26,554 nucleotides of DNA, from the IMG/VR virus record IMGVR_UViG_3300032103_000278, positions 1-26,554 of that record; one strand, given 5' to 3'. Positions 26,524-26,554 of this stretch are shown here, piece by piece. The DNA comes from a virus. Taxonomy: Duplodnaviria > Caudoviricetes. Position 1 is the first letter of the stretch, and each line of letters begins with the position of its first letter. Position numbers and translations under genes: made by a program. The notes beneath the pieces are model-generated. The model worked only from the letters and a program-made list of their open reading frames with translations. It was not told the DNA's origin and searched no databases.

Positions 26524-26554
26524 GTGGGAATTACTGGAGTCGAACCAGTGACCC
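26524..26554 (-). tRNA. 3' end of a tRNA (probably Val) or another pseudo-tRNA copy, cut by the window edge
   Basis: GGGTCACTGGTTCGACTCCAGTAATTCCCAC (T-arm and 3' acceptor strand), identical to the copy 344 bp away. Confidence 0.55.

Overview
An AT-rich, Bacteroidota-like window (TAnnTTTG-type promoters). Most of it (~672-24276, about 23.6 kb) is a Mu-like transposable prophage with a contractile tail. It sits inside the signal-peptide region of a host TPR gene, and the two halves of that gene (24277-24318 and 338-667, minus strand) can be rejoined. Both element ends keep inverted, repeated 15-16 bp putative transposase-binding sites. The packaging, head, lysis and tail genes all look intact, but there is no transposase, MuB-like ATPase or intact repressor. 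Only a repressor-like C-terminal remnant is left, at an apparent deletion junction near 1341. Main hidden signals: (1) a probable programmed -1 frameshift (T TTT TTC plus a GC hairpin) fusing the portal to a MuF protein that has no start codon and carries a toxin-like C-terminal extension; (2) a promoter-driven structured small RNA converging on the 3' end of that gene; (3) the usual tail-chaperone -1 frameshift; (4) REP-like motifs embedded in-frame in three phage genes. The right flank has a broken thioredoxin-like gene, a lipoprotein, a 7-bp VNTR and a GIY-YIG gene bracketed by tRNA-Val-derived repeats. All product calls come from motif recognition and gene order, not from database searches.
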